From Tubiluchus corallicola (lineage: Eukaryota; Animalia; Priapulida): 23,466 bases of DNA. This document shows positions 22,709 to 23,466 of this stretch, piece after piece (positions within the stretch are counted from its first letter, which is position 1; every line of letters starts with the position of its first letter). A program made the translations under genes and the position numbers. The notes beneath the pieces are model-generated. The model did no database searches and had not been told where the DNA came from. It saw only the letters and a list, made by a program, of their open reading frames with translations. The stretch spans positions 1 through 23,466 of the forward strand of contig JAQGDQ010001847.1 in NCBI GenBank assembly GCA_030141605.1, given 5' to 3'.

Positions 22709-23466
22709 AAAGCGTAAAAAGCAATAATATTATGGGAATATGGTGTATATTACGCCTGTTGGTCTGCTTTCTGGCCTGCAGGCGTGAAAAGAACCAATAG
22801 GCCAGGAAAAGCTAGGCGGTGCGAAAATGTAATAGCGCCTCAGGTCGCTCCTTGGGTATTTTTGTGCGACACGTAAATAGTGCGTATACATGTACTTACT
22901 TTTTTCTGTTATTACTTAGGGAGTAGTTAAGAAAACATGTTGGAAAGTTCACTTCCTAATGTTGAGGAAACCGACGACGATGGTGCTGATTCTTCGGGAA
23001 GTAAGCTGAATTCTGACAGTAACCATCAGAAAATAAAATCGTCGGCCGTAGTCAAATACAGCAACGTGCAAACTCCGGCTCGTTTCTCGTGGTTGAAACA
23101 CAAGACGAATCTGAACGACCCACCATCCAGCTGGCTGCGGAAACGTGGGACAAAGTTTGGTTTGAAAGGGCCATGGACTTTTAAAAACCATACTTCATTC
23201 TCTAGGTAAGATTGGCCATCGCATTTCCAAACATTTTTAAATTGCGTTTGTTTTGTCGTCTAGACGTTATTTAAAGTTTTTTAAACTCTTTGAATCCTAC
23301 CTTACAGAGAAAATTATTTATACTTAATTGCACTCCTGTCATCACCACCTCATTTCAGATTTCATTAGTCTCAGCTGTGTTCATTCTATTCTTCCAGGAA
23401 TACATCAACATTAAACAGATCATAAGTAATTTGTCCCACCTTTTTGCTTACCCATTTACTCAACAA
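22709..23466. repeat. Right arm of inverted duplication (continues past window end)
   Basis: Reverse complement of 21781-22537; the match holds to the last base of the window. Confidence 0.97.
22937..23205 (+). CDS. EDRF1: EDRF1 coding exon 1 (right copy); gene presumably continues beyond window
   Basis: Same 89 codons plus AG|gtaaga as the left copy, with one synonymous GAT/GAC difference. Confidence 0.9.

Noticed and set aside
21988-23191. ORFs 21988-22221, 22056-22298 and 22949-23191
   Set aside because: These are antisense shadows of EDRF1 exon 1, duplicated only because of the palindrome.

Overview
AT-rich, intron-containing eukaryotic (metazoan-like) genomic DNA. On the left, an intronless EMC2 (TTC35) CDS on the minus strand and a divergent nudC gene on the plus strand are separated by about 4.2 kb. 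That interval holds a decayed RTE-like LINE and two oppositely oriented copies of one TGT...ACA MITE family (38-bp TIRs, 5-bp TSDs), each sitting roughly 130-150 bp upstream of one of the two start codons. nudC can be followed for 6 coding exons (183 aa) and then stops at the start of its CS domain. Converging on it from the right is a minus-strand EDRF1 copy with 5 exons, an in-frame TAG in exon 5 and no detectable downstream exons. This EDRF1 copy is the left arm of a recent head-to-head inverted duplication (about 98% identical by hand comparison, ~170-bp spacer at 22538-22708) whose right arm runs off the window end. EDRF1 intron 3 carries a 5'-truncated SINE joined to a 46-bp hairpin-forming minisatellite that appears to derive from a Harbinger-like element end. 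Several weak piggyBac-like remnants are also present. All gene identifications come from my recognition of protein motifs; no database search was run.
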